DNA of 64,000 bases from Dendrobates tinctorius (Eukaryota), in contig NW_027361840.1 in the NCBI RefSeq assembly GCF_039654945.1, positions 2,728,001 to 2,792,000 of the forward strand, written 5' to 3'. The notes under the pieces were generated by a model. The model ran no database searches, was not told the origin of the DNA, and saw only the letters and a program-made list of their open reading frames with translations. Of the stretch, positions 23,947 through 36,306 are shown piece after piece. Made by a program: the position numbers and the translations under genes. How positions within the stretch are numbered: the first letter of the stretch is position 1; every line of letters starts with the position of its first letter.

Positions 23947-25083
23947 TAAAAGTATGCAAAAATTCCACAGTATTACAGAAAAGTAACTGAGGCCGGACTC
24001 CAGCATGAGAGGCTGATGAGAAGATCTGCAGGGAAATGAAGGCTCTCAGTCCTCGCTCACACAAGCGTATAACACGGCTGAGCGCTATGTGATGTTTTAT
24101 TGCATAACACTCAGCACAGTGTTATACTTTGGGGCATCGCAGATCTGTGATTTTTTCTACAGACCGAATTCATCTGTGGAAAAATAATCTGCAGCACGCC
24201 GTGCAGCTGTCAGCTGAGTGCAGTCTGAATCCACGACCTCAGACAATGGAGAAGATGGAGAAATTAAGTTCCCTGTCTTCTCAATGTGCTCTGATTATCT
24301 CATGCAAGAGAATCCGATGACACTTGGATGAGAGTTTGAGCTGAGTGTCAGTAGCATAATTAAGCTGATTCTCTCACATGAGAGAATCATCACTCGTGTG
24401 ACCCCGGCCATACACTTTTTTCAGCTGGACAATTCTTTTATATACCTTAATTATTCCTAATATTCCCGAAAACTTTATAATATAAGTATCCTTCTTCCCA
24501 AACCCACTGACCTAAGCAGGGGCGCTATCAGGGCATTACTGCCCTTACTGGATAGGGCCCAATGACCGGAGTGGGGCCCCGGTCACTATGTGGTGGTAAA
24601 ATGTGGTCTGGTCATGGCGTGATGGTATTTGTTCCTTGTATATGGGATTTTAGTTCACCATGTGGTGGTAATATGGTGGCTGGTCATGGTGCGGTGGCAT
24701 TTGTCCCTTGTATGTGGCATTATTGGTAATTTTAAAAATGGAAAAATAAATAAAAATATACCAAAATTGTATTGGATATTTTAGCAAATGTTTAGTAAGT
24801 TACAGTAGAGTAGGGCCCGGCCTAAAGAGTCTACTTTGTCGTGGTGGTGGGTTAAAAAATCTTTTGGCTAAAACAAAAGCTGCTGGCTATGTATGTGGTG
24901 ATGGGAACTGTTAATGTGTGATTTGTGAGGACATGGTGCAGAAGTGGAGTTGTTCCAAGAGAGCGGTGGGACTTTGGAAGGTTCGAGGGGTGGAGACGGG
25001 GCTGGGTGGAGCCTGGGCGGAGTTTCAAGGGGCCCCGAAAATTTTGCCAGTATGGGGCCCCGAAATTCCTAGTGGCAGCCCTG

Positions 25084-25330
25084 CCGGGGCCCCTCCAGTC
25101 ACCCGCCGGCCGCTGTCCCTTCTCACAGTTCCGCCGTCGCCGCAGTTTCTGCTCGGTCGCTATTCCAGGCTGCACAGACTGGTCACGTGGTGCAGCTGAT
25201 GACGTAGAGGCGGTGTCACCAGGATCCCCATCCGTGCAGCTCCCGGTAACTGACGTTCCGTGTATGAGGCGCGGCGGGCGGGAATGCTGGGAGTTGTGGT
25301 TCTCCGGCCACTGGGCGGCATGTGTTCACG
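25084..25330. promoter_or_regulatory. Candidate CpG-rich bidirectional promoter / non-coding first exons of JMJD4 and SNAP47
   Basis: Non-repetitive CpG-rich segment with E-box GGTCACGTGG, CRE-like TGACGTA and GGGCGG; possible donors on both strands (minus CGG|GTGACT near 25100, plus CCG|GTAACT near 25246). Confidence 0.45.
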
Positions 25331-26074
25331 GGGGGAGGTCATCTCTGGTCACATGGCATCACATCACGGAGGATGCTCTTTCCAGTGGGGGCGTGATCTG
25401 ATTGGTTGCTGAGTGCAACTGCAGTAATGCCCGGCACGATTCCAGGCTGTTGTCACTAGCAACCGATCACGTCAGCCCTGGAAGATGAGAGTAGGAATTT
25501 GATTGGTTGTTGCTAATCAATCAGATAAGTTTTCTCATCTTTGGAGGATCTGATTGGCTCCTTCTGTGCAGCTCAACCAATCAGATCACTCCTGGTCGAC
25601 AATCACTTCCCTGATGGCCAATCAGATTCCTTACATGATCAGGTCCTGCTGTCTGGATATTAGGCTTCTCCGACCCTGCGGCCGCTGCCTGCGCGGATCA
25701 CTGGTGTGCAGCGTCACTGTGGGTGATAGGAAATGCTGCAGGAGCGCAAATACAATATTCTGACGCTTTTATAATATTTTTTACAGGATTTAGGACGTCC
25801 CTTTAATTTGCACATTGAATCTTCAGACCAGAATCCTGACACTCCAGAGAGACTGTGATGGCGGCGAATCAGTCCTGAGCATGAAGCCAATCACTGGACG
25901 CAGCACTGAGTGCATCACTGAGCGCAGCACTGAGCGCAGCACTGAGTGCATCACTGAGCGCAGCACTGCCAACATCTGATGTCGGGTATCATCTCCTTGA
26001 GAAAAGTGACCGGACGAGGGGAAGCTATCCCAACAATGCAGCCTCAGGACCAGCTGACGGCCCCCCGTGCCCAG

Positions 26075-26440
26075 GATCGGTGGCCCTCCGCTGACCCTGC
26101 GATCGGTGGCTCTCCGCCGGTCCTGCGATCGCTGGCCCTCCGCCGGTCCTGCGATCGGTGGCCCTCCGCCGGTCCTGCGATCGGTGGCCCTCCGCCGGTC
26201 CTGCGATCGGTGGCCCTCCGCCGGTCCTGCGATCGCTGGCCCTCCGCCGGTCCTGCGATCGGTGGCCCTCCGCCTGTCCTGCGATCGGTGGCCCTCCGCC
26301 GGTCCTGCGATCGGTGGCCCTCCGCCGGTCCTGCGATCGGTGGCCCTCCGCCGGTCCTGCGATCGGTGGCCCTCCGCCGGTCCTGCGATCGGTGGCCCTC
26401 CGCTCGTCCTGCGATCGGTGGCCCTCCGCTTGTCCTGTGA
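26075..26440. repeat. 26-bp CpG-rich minisatellite (~14 copies)
   Basis: ggtcctgcgatcggtggccctccgcc repeated. Confidence 0.93.
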
Positions 26441-27023
26441 CCGGCGGCATTATGCAGGCATGCGCCAATGGTTCTCTGTTACTTCTGTCCCATCGTATCC
26501 CGCTGTCCCAGTATCTGCCAGGATATAGAAGAATCAGAGAGGACCGGGGTATGAAGTGAGCCCTGGAGGCGGAATCCTGAAGGAACGAGGGAGCCAGGGT
26601 TTGGGAGGAGCTGGGATATGAGAGGATTCAGGGGCCAGGGCTGACGCAAGAAAGGAACAGGAGGAATCAGAATTCGGTACCAGGGGTGGGAAACGAGAGA
26701 AGGTGTGGGAGCCGAGATATGACGGGAAATGAAATATGGGAGGAGAGGGGGCAGCTGGGGCAAGGGAGGAGAGGGGGAATTTGGGAGCAAATCATAGTAT
26801 CATAGAATAGTAGAGTTGGAAGGGACCTCCTGGGCCATCTGGTCCAACCCCCCGCTCAAAACAGGATTCGCTAAATCATCCCAGACAGATGTTTGTCTAG
26901 CCGCTGTGAAAACAGAGAAAACCAAAGAGAAAAAATCCTCCAATAAATTATTAAAATAGAATTTTTATTGAACCATGTCTAAAAATGTACAGAGTCACCC
27001 AGAGTCCAACCTGTCCAACCTGC

Positions 27024-27082
27024 TGCAATGTGCCCTCTTCTGAGGAAAAGATCTCGAAACGCGCGTCAAGGGGCACATTGCA
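27024..27082 (+). ncRNA. Minimal type I hammerhead ribozyme
   Basis: tgcaatgtgccctctt-CTGAGGA-aaagatctc-GAAAC GCGC GTC-aaggggcacattgca. Complete core, ~15-bp stem I with one bulge, palindromic stem III, predicted cleavage after C27067. Confidence 0.8.
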
Positions 27083-27271
27083 ACAGGCTGGACTCAGGGT
27101 TACTCTGTGCATTTAATTATCTATGTATATTATGTATTTTTACCTATTATGCATTTTCTATGATGTGCAAAGAAGTATTCTTACTCTGCCAGCTCTCAGT
27201 ATTGTCTTGTATTTGCTATTTATGAACTGTATGAAGTTTTCTTCTATTGAATTATCTTCTCCCCAGTTTAG

Positions 27272-30200
27272 TCATAGAATCATAGAATCGTAGAGTTGGA
27301 AGGGACCTCCTGGGCCATCTGGTCCAACCCCCTGCTCAAAGCAGGATTCGCTAAATCATTACAGACAGTCTGTCCAGCCTCTGTGTGAAGACTTCCATTG
27401 AAGGAGAACTCAGCACTTCTCGTGGCAGCCTGTTCCACTCATTGATCACTCTAACTGTCAAAAAGTTTTTCCTAATATCTAATCTGTGTCTCCTCCCATT
27501 CAGTTTCATCCCATTGCTTCTAGTCTTTCCTTGTGCAAATGAGAATAAAGTTGATCCTTCTACAATGTGACAGCCCTTTAGATATTTATAGACAGCTATT
27601 AAGTCTCCTCTCAGTCTTCTCCTTTGCAAACTAAACATTCCCAAATCCTGCAACCTTTCCTCATAAGACAGGGTTTGCAGACCGGTCACCATTCTGGTCG
27701 CTCTTTTCTGAACTTGCTCCAGTTTGTTGATGTCTTTTTTAAAATGTGGTGCCCAAAACTGGACACAATATTCCAGATGAGGTCTGACCAAAGAGGAGTA
27801 GAGGGAAATAATGACTTCACGTGATCTAGACTGTATGCTTCTGTTAATACATCCTAGAATTGCATTTGCCTTTTTTGCTGCTGCATCACACTGTTGACTC
27901 ATATTCAGTCTGTGATCTATTAGTATACCCAAGTCTTTTTCACATGTGCTGTCACTTAGCCCTATTCCTCCCATTCTGTATATGCTTTTTTCATTTTTAT
28001 TGCCCAGATGTAGTACTTTGCATTTTTCCCTGTTAAAAACCATTCTGTTAGTTGCTGCCCACTGCTCCAGTATATTTATACTTTTTTGAATCCTCTCTCT
28101 CTCTTCTCTAGTATTAGCTATCCCTCCTAGCTTTGTGTCATCAGCAAATTTAAGCAGTTTACCCTCAATTCCTTCATCTAAATCGTTGATAAAGATGTTG
28201 AACAATACAGGGCCCAGGACAGAGCCCTGTGGTACCCCACTTGAGACATTCTTCCAACTGGATGTGCAGCCATTTACGACCACTCTTTGGGTCCGATCAC
28301 TAAGCCAGTTATGAATCCACCTAACAGTTGCCTTGTCCATTCCATACTTAGTCATTTTTTCAATAAGAATTGTATGAGATACTTTGTCAAATGCTTTGCT
28401 GAAGTCAAGATATACTATATCTACAGCATTTCCTTGATCCACCCAATCAGTGATTCCGTCATAGAAGGAAATTAAGTTAGTCTGACATGACTTATTAGTT
28501 ACAAACCCATGCTGACTCTGTTTAATCACTTCATTCTTATCCAGGTACTGACATACATGTTGTTTAATAATTTGCTCAAAGATCTTTCCTGGTATAGAAG
28601 TCAGACTCACCGGCCTATAGTTGCCTGGGTCCACCTTCTTCCCCTTTTTGAAGATAGGAACAACATTTGCTCTTCTCCAGTCTTCTGGGACTTCTCCTGT
28701 TCTCCAATAATTTTCAAAGATTATGGAGAGGGGTTCAAAAATTTCTTCTGCTATCTCCTTCAGTACTCTGGGGTGTAATTCATCTGGACCTGGAGACTTG
28801 AATTCATTTAGGTTAGCTAAGTGTTTCCTCACTATCTTTCTGTTTATAGATATCCTGGATTCTTCTATTCCCTTAATAGGACAGTGAAGAACAGTTGATG
28901 TTACATTTCCTTTCTGAGAGAAAACAGATGCAAAATAGGAATTTAAAAGTTCGGCCTTCTCAACATCCTGTCTTACCATTTCATCATTTTCATCCTGTAA
29001 AAATCCTATAGCATCTTTGACTTTTCTTTTACTTTTGACATATCCCCAAAATCCTTTATTATTGCTTTTGACATCTCTTGCAAGCCTCAATTCATTGTCA
29101 GCTTTAGTAATCTGATTTGTGCCCTGCAGGTTCTGCAGACAGCATTATAATCTTCTTTAGATATGCCTCCCTCTTTCCATTTTATAAACATTTTTTTTCT
29201 TCCTTTTTAGCATGTGCTTAAGTTCTGTGTTCATCCATCCTGGCTTCCTTAAATGCTTCCAATTCTTCCCTCTTTTCGGAATTGTTAACATTTGTGCTTT
29301 GAGAATTTCATTTTTCAAGATTTCCCATCCTTCCTGGACATTTTTGTCTTTAAGGATATCCAGCCATTGGATCCCTCCAATTCTCTTTCTGAATCCCTTA
29401 AAATCTGCCTTTCTGAAATCTAACCTTGACGTCTGAGTCTTCACAGGTCTTCCGCCTCTAGTTGTCCAAAATTCTAAAATAGCATGGTCGCTACCTCCTA
29501 GGGTCCCAGCCACTTTTACCTCCTCAACCATTTCCTCCCTGTTTATAAGGATTAGATCCAAGGTAGCAGTTCCCCTTGTTTTCTCCCCTACCTTTTGGAA
29601 GATAAAGTTGTCAGCAAGAGAGGATAAGAATTTCTTTGACCTGTTAGTTTTGCCTGAGAGAGATTCCCAACAAATGTCTGGATAGTTGAAATCTCCCATG
29701 ACAACTATGTCATATTTTTTGGAGAACTTGGCCATTTGATGCATAAAGAGTTCATCCATATCTTCAGCTTGCACAGGTGGCCTGTAGTAAATGCCTACAA
29801 TGGTGTCCTTTCCATTGTTCTGTCCTTGTATTCTTACCCAAACAGTTTCCACAGAACTCCCAGTCTCTGAAGCTTCAATCTCTGTGCAGATATACGCATT
29901 TCTAACATACAATGCGACACCCCCTCCTCGTTTATCAAGTCTGTTGCAAATAAGTTGTATCCTTCTAGTCTTGTATTCCAATCATGTGTATTGTCCCACC
30001 AAGTCTCAGTGATTCCAATGACATCATATTTCTTTTCCTGTGTTAGTAGTTCCAATTCTCCTTGTTTGTTGCCCATGCTTTGTGCATTAGTATAGAAACA
30101 TTTTAGTTTGTGATTGGTTTCTCTTTCTCCAATATTTTTATTAATTAGATTCTTTTGTCTTTGTTCTTCCTTTCCACTTCTAATAGCAGAGTTCTCAATA

Positions 30201-30282
30201 GCATTTGTCAGGTGTATGGCTTTTTCTGGTCTTTTGCTTCCCTTCCCATGTTGTTCTAGTTTAAAGCTCTCCTGATGAGTGT
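27272..30282 (-). mobile_element. CR1 LINE copy 2: end of ORF1 plus whole ORF2 (APE endonuclease + RT) with frameshifts
   Basis: TLIRRALN* ORF1 end; KCFYTNAQSMGNK...ITETWW; GDFNYPDI; SDH; RT 27351-29090 with QGSVLGP and FADD; (ATTCTATG)n 3' tail. Confidence 0.95.
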
Positions 30283-31849
30283 CCTGTTTTATTCACACCG
30301 CTATGTGATCCACTTAAAAGCATTTCTGCTTCTATTTATCTACTTTGGATCTTACTTGTAAAAATTTCTTTTGGATCTTTATTTATTTATGACCGACTGA
30401 ATTTATCCTTCTGCTCAATGTTTGCTGTTTTTTCACTTTTTTTGTGTATTGTCTTCCTTTTTAAAGATTTTTATATAAGGTTCAATAAAATTTATATTTT
30501 AATAATTTATTGGAGGATTTGTTCTCTTTGGTTTTCTCTGTTCTCACGGTCAAAAGTTTTTTCTAATCTCTAATCTGTGTCTCCTCCCATTCAGTTTCAT
30601 CCCATTGCTTCTAGTCTTTCCTTGTGCAAATGAGAATAATTATGATCCTTCTACAATGTGACAGCCCTTTAGATATTTGTAGACAGCTATTAAGTCTCCT
30701 CTCAGTCTTCTCTTTTGCAAACTAAACAATCCCAAATCCTGCAACCTTTCCTCATAAGACAGGGTTTGCAGACCGGTCACCATTCTGGTCGCTCTTTTCT
30801 GAACTTGCTCCAGTTTGTTGATGTCTTTTTTAATATGTGGCGCCCAAAACTGGACACAATATTCCAGATGAGGTCTGACCAAAGAGGAGTAGAGGGCAAT
30901 AATGACTTCACGTGATCTAGACTGTATGCTTCTGTTAATACATCCTAGAATTGCATTTGCCTTTTTTGCTGCTGCATCACACTGTTGACTCATATTCCGT
31001 CTGTGATCTATTAGTATACCCAAGTCTTTTTCACATGTGCTGTTGCTTAGCCCTTTTCCTCCCATTCTGTATATGCTTTTTTCATTTTTATTGCCCAGAT
31101 GTAGTACTTTGCATTTTTCCCTGTTAAAAGCCATTCTGTTAGTTGCTGCCCACTGCTCCAGTTTATTTATATCTTTTTGAATCCTCTCTCTCTTCTCTAG
31201 TATTAGCTATGACACCTAGCTTTGTGTCATCAACAAATTTAATCAGTTTACCCTCAATTCCTTCATCTAAATCGTTAATAAGATGTTGAACAATACAGGG
31301 CCCAGGACAGAGCCCTGTGGTACCCCACTTGAGACATTCTTCCAACTGGATGTGCAGCCATTTACAACCACTCTTTGGGTCCTATCACTAAGCCAGTTAT
31401 GAATCCACCTAACAGTTGCCTTGTCCATACCATAGATATAATATATCTACAGCATTTCCCTGATCCACCCAGTCAGTGATTCTGTCATAAAAGGAAATTA
31501 AGTTAGTCTGACATGACTTATTAGTTACAAACCCATGCTGACTCTGTTTAATCACTTCATTCTTATCCAGGTACTGACATACATGTTGTTTAATAATTTG
31601 TTCAAAGATCTTTCCTGGTATAGAAGTCAGACTCACCGGCCTATAGTTGCCTGGGTCCACCTTCTTACTCTTTTTGAAGATAGGAACAACATTTGCTCTT
31701 CTCCAGTCTTCTGGGACTTCTCCTGTTCTCCAAGAATTTTCAAAGATTATGGAGAGGGGTTCAAAAATTTCTTCTGCTATCTCCTTCAGTACTCTGGGGA
31801 GTAATTCATCTGGACCTGTAATTTGGGATAGGAAGGGATTTGGGGCAGC

Positions 31850-32255
31850 GTCAGAGGGCGAGGTATGAGCGAAACGGCAGAGGCCGGGGTATGAGGAGAG
31901 CAGCACAGGCCGGGATGTGAGGGGAGCGGCAGAGGCCAGAGTATGTGGGGAGCGGCAGAGGCCAGGGTATGAGGAGGGCAGCAGAGGCCAGGATGTGAGA
32001 GGAGCGGCAGAGACCAGAGTATGAGGGGAGCGGCAGAGGCCAGGGTATGAGCAGAGCAGCAGAGGCCGGGATGTGTGGGGAGCGGCAGAGGCCTGGGTAT
32101 GAGGGGATCGGCAGAGGCCGGGAATTGAGGGGAGCAGCAGAGGCCAGGGTATGAGGAGAGCAGCAGAGGCCAAGATGTGAGGGGAGCGGCAGAGACCGTG
32201 GTGTGAGAGGAGTGACAGAGGCCAGGGTATGAGGGGGAGCGGCAGAGGCCAGGCA
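31850..32255. repeat. ~28-bp purine-rich minisatellite
   Basis: gcagaggccagggtatgaggggagcg variants repeated. Confidence 0.85.
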
Positions 32256-32724
32256 CGATGATGGTGCTGCGGGTCGGTTGCCATGTGGTGTCACTTCCCC
32301 TCCAATATGATAATGATGATGCTGTGGGTCGGTGGCTGTGTGGTGTCCTCCCCCCTCCGGTATGATGATGATGATGCCGCGGGTCGGTGACTGTGTGGTG
32401 TCCCCCCTTCCGGTATGATGATGATGATCATGCCTCGGGTTGGTGGCTGTGTGGTGTCCTCCCCCCTCCGGTATGATGGTGATGCCACTGGTCGGTGGGC
32501 TGTGTGGTGTCCTCCCCCTCCGGTATGATGATGATGCTGTGGGTTGGTGGCTGTGTGGTGTCCCCCCCCTTCGGTATGATGATGATGCTGCGGGTCGGTG
32601 GCTGTGTGGTGTCCTCCCCCTCCGGTATGATGATGATGCCGCGGGTCGGTGGCTGTGTGGTGTCCTCCTCCGGTATGATGATGATGTTGCGGGTCGGTGG
32701 CTGTGTGGTGTCCTCCCCCTCCGG
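32256..32724. repeat. ~51-bp minisatellite containing (GAT)n; resumes at 36514-36567 after a hAT insertion
   Basis: ccggtatgatgatgatgctgcgggtcggtggctgtgtggtgtcctccccct repeated. Confidence 0.88.
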
Positions 32725-32991
32725 CAGGGCTGTGGAGTCGGTAAGCCAAACCTGCGACTCCGACTCCTCAATTTCCCTTACACCGACTCCACGACTCCCA
32801 CATATATTGCTTATATTTAAGTGAAAAATGTATTGTAGTACAATGTGAACATCAGACATTAAATCGTTTTTTATGATACAATTATCAAGATATTTAGATA
32901 GAACATAATATATATTTATTGGAATACAACTTTAGAACACAAAAAATTGTAATCAATTGTAAATATGTAAAACACTTTGTAATATTGATTA

Positions 32992-35693
32992 TTTTGGACA
33001 CACCTCATTCAAAGAGTTTTCTTTGTTTTCATGACTATGAAAATTGTAAGCAGGCTCCTTGCATCTTCTCGCCCAACCACTTGCACCAGTGACCCTATTC
33101 CGTCACATCTCCTCCAGTCCCTTTCCCCTGCTGTCACCCCTTACCTAACTAAAATATTTAACCTCTCTCTCTCTTCCGGTATCTTTCCCTCCTCATTTAA
33201 GCATGCCGTCATACATCCACTACTTAAAAAACCATCTCTCGACCAAAACTGTGCTGCTAACTATAGACCTGTCTCTAATCTTCCCTTCATCTCTAAACTC
33301 CTGGAACGCCTGGTCCACTCCCGTCTTATCCACTATCTCTCTGATAACTCTCTTCTCGACCCTCGCCAATCCGGTTTCCGCTCTTTACACTCTACTGAAA
33401 CTGCCCTCACTAAAGTCTCTAATGATCTACTAACAGCTAAATCTAATGGTCATTACTCCATGCTAATTCTCTTGGATCTCTCTGCAGCATTCGACACTGT
33501 GGATCATCAGCTCCTCCTCACTATGCTCCGCTCCATTGGCCTCAAGGACACCGTTCTCTCCTGGTTCTCCTCCTATCTCTCTGACCGCTCCTTTACTGTA
33601 TCTTTTGCTGGTTCCTCCTCCTCTCATCTTCCCCTTACTGTTGGGGTTCCTCAAGGATCGGTTCTAGGCCCCCTCCTCTTCTCCTTGTACACTGCCCCTA
33701 TTGGTCAAACAATCAGTAGATTTGGTTTCCAGTACCATCTCTATGCTGATGACACCCAATTATACGCTTCTCCTGACATCACGCCAGCCTTTCTAGAAAA
33801 CACCGGCGATTGTCTAAACGCTGTGTCTAACATCATGTCCTCACTATATCTGAAACTGAACCTGTCAAAGACTGAACTCCTTGTGTTTCCTCCCTCTACT
33901 AATGTACCTATACCCGACATTGCCATTTCTGTGTGTGGTTCCACTATTACTCCCCAGCAACAGGCCCGCTGTCTTGGGGTCATACTTGATTCCGAGCTTT
34001 CCTTTTCCCCCCACATCCGATCACTGGCTCGCTCTTGTCATCTGCACCTCAAAAACATTTCTAGAATTTGACCTTTTCTTACTTTTGACTCTGCAAAAAC
34101 TCTTACTGTTTCTCTTATTCATTCTCGTCTCGACTATTGTAACTCTCTTCTAATCGGCCTCCCTCTTACCAAACTCTCCCCTCTCCAATCTGTCTTGAAT
34201 GCTGCAGCCAGGATCATATTCCTCACCAATCGTTACACCGATGCCTCTACCTTGTGCCAGTCATTACACTGGCTACCCATCCACTCCAGAATTCAGTATA
34301 AACTTATTACCCTCACCCACAAAGCCCTCCATGGCTCAGCACCACCCTACATCTCCTCCCTTGTTTCAGTATACCACCCTACCCGCGCCCTCCGTTCTGC
34401 TGATGACCTGAGGTTAGCATCCTCAATAATCAGAACCTCCCACTCCCGTCTCCAAGACTATACACGTGCTGCGCCAATTCTTTGGAATGCACTTCCCAGG
34501 TCAATACGATTAGTCCCCAATCCCCACAATTTTAAGCGTGCCCTGAAAACGCATTTATTCAGACTGGCCTATCGCCTCAACACATTAACCTAATCTATCC
34601 CTGTGTGGCACAGCCAAAAGTTTTACCATAACTAGGATCCCCGCATCATGTTCCCACATGCTTTATGCATCCATTAGCTCTCTGCGTCTGTACTGATACA
34701 CACTTAACATTATGGCTGGTCCATACAATCAGGGCAACTGTTACCACCCACCTTTCGTGTCTCCCTCTTTCCTCATAGACTGTAAGCTTGCGAGCAGGAC
34801 CCTCATTCCTCTTGGTATCTGTTATGATCTATGTGATTATTGTTATGCTGTAATGTCTAATGTCTGTACAAATCCCCTCTGAAATGTAAAGTGCTGCGGA
34901 ATATGTTGGCGCTATAGAAATAAAATTTATTATTATTATTATTATAGATTCACTCTGAAGGCATCAAACTATGAATTATCACATGTGGAATTATATAATT
35001 AACAAAAAAGTGTGAAACAACTGAAAATACATCTTATATTCTAGGTTCTTCACAGTAGCCACCTTTTGCTTTGATTACTGCTTTGCACACTCTTGGCATT
35101 CTGTTGGGGATTTCTTCAAAATTGAAGGCATACTGAACCAGCATGGCTACCACAGCATCTTGCAGCGGCATGCTATTCCATCCGGTTTGTGTTTAGTTGG
35201 ACCATCATTTATTTTTCAACAGGACAATGACCTCAAACACACCTCCAGGCTGTGTAAGGGCTATGTGACCAAGAAGGAGAGTGATGGGGGTTACGCAGAT
35301 GACCTGGCCTCCACAGTCACCAGACCTGAACCCAATCGAGATGGTTTGGGGTGAGCTGGACCGCAGAGTGAAGGCAAAAGGGCCGACAAGTGCTAAGCAT
35401 CTCTGGGAACTGCTTCAAGACTGTTGGAAGACCATTTCCGGTGACTACCTCTTGAAGCCCATCAAGAGAATGCCAAGAGTGTGCAAAGCAGTAATCAAAG
35501 CAAAAGGTGAATACTGTGAAGAACCTAGAATATAAGACATATTTTCAGTTGATTCATACTTTTTTGTTAATTATATAATTCCACATGTGGTAATTCATAG
35601 TTTTGATGCCTTCAGAGTGAATCTACAATTTTCATGATCATGAAAATAAAGAAAACGCTTTGAGAAGGTGTGTCCAAACTTTGGTCTGTACTG
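32992..35693 (+). mobile_element. Tc1/mariner DNA transposon relic, internally deleted, with long inverted repeats; interrupted by L2
   Basis: Left IR (tttggacacacc...gaaaattgta|gattcactctgaaggcatc...) mirrors the right IR ending GGTGTGTCCAAACTTTGGTCTGTACTG. Transposase remnant FQQDNDLKH...WPPQSPDLNPIEMVW at 35160-35535. Confidence 0.9.
33049..34944 (+). mobile_element. L2 LINE, 5'-truncated (RT domain, 3' UTR, (TTA)n tail)
   Basis: [37 protein letters not shown]; one premature TGA at 34069-34071; ends AATAAA...(tta)n. Confidence 0.95.
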
Positions 35694-35699
35694 CATATA

Positions 35700-35741
<42 letters not shown>

Positions 35742-35788
35742 CACACACACTATGACTTATCTCAGCTAAGATAAACCCTAGATCCTCA

Positions 35789-36306
35789 GGCTACATTCAC
35801 ACTATGGGCGTATCCAGGATCAAACCTGGGGGGGGGCAGAACCTCATACTGTTCCGCAGAATTTCATACTGCACACCTCAGCTGCTGCAGAACCTCATAC
35901 TGCACACCCCTACACTTGAAAATAAAGCCTGCACCTTAAGAAGATGTGGTGATGAATGCCGTCTATTTATTCCAACTATCAGTTGATGTTACTGAAGACG
36001 AGCAATGCCTGTCCTGGGCGTCCTTGGGCCGCTATGAGGTGTACCTGACTGGTGCTAAAAAAAAGGAGTGTTAGTCTGTGTGCTACCCGGCTTTCATTCT
36101 TTTTGGTACAGATATGATATGGATAGACAGATATGGATAAATGGATATATAGATAGAGCAGATTTATAATCTGCTTTTGCTATTGAAAACATTATGAGCT
36201 CAAAAACATTTCAGGTGATGCGGTTTTTTAAAAAGCTGATCGGCTTTTGCAGCTGAAAAACGTATCCTCAAAAAACGCAGGAAAAACGCTGTGTGTGAAT
36301 GTCGCC
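35789..36306. mobile_element. PIF/Harbinger-type MITE
   Basis: GGCTACATTCACAC ... GTGTGAATGTCGCC termini; TCA/TTA flanks. Confidence 0.65.

Larger units (their letters stand above)
22520..25083. mobile_element. Composite non-autonomous hAT-type element with cargo
   Basis: Left end CAGGGCCGCCATCAGG, right end CCTAGTGGCAGCCCTG; 8-bp direct repeat CCGGGGCC at 22512-22519 and 25084-25091; a second, similar left end lies at 24518. Confidence 0.7.
26906..30547 (+). mobile_element. Non-coding inverted-repeat element with a central hammerhead (PLE-derived; ~630 bp after removing the nested CR1)
   Basis: 26906-26975 is the inverted complement of ~30478-30547, and 26983-27039 is the inverted complement of 27068-27113. 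The hammerhead core lies between the arms. Confidence 0.75.
26791..31820 (-). mobile_element. CR1 LINE copy 1, 5'-truncated, split into 26791-26905 and ~30548-31820 by later insertions
   Basis: 3' tail (ATTCTATG)-like at 26791; RT fragments in ORFs 30640-31134 and 31409-31820 closely match CR1 copy 2. Confidence 0.88.

Noticed and set aside
31409-32859. His/Pro-rich ORFs fused to CR1 RT sequence
   Set aside because: Minisatellite read-through into a truncated CR1, not a gene.
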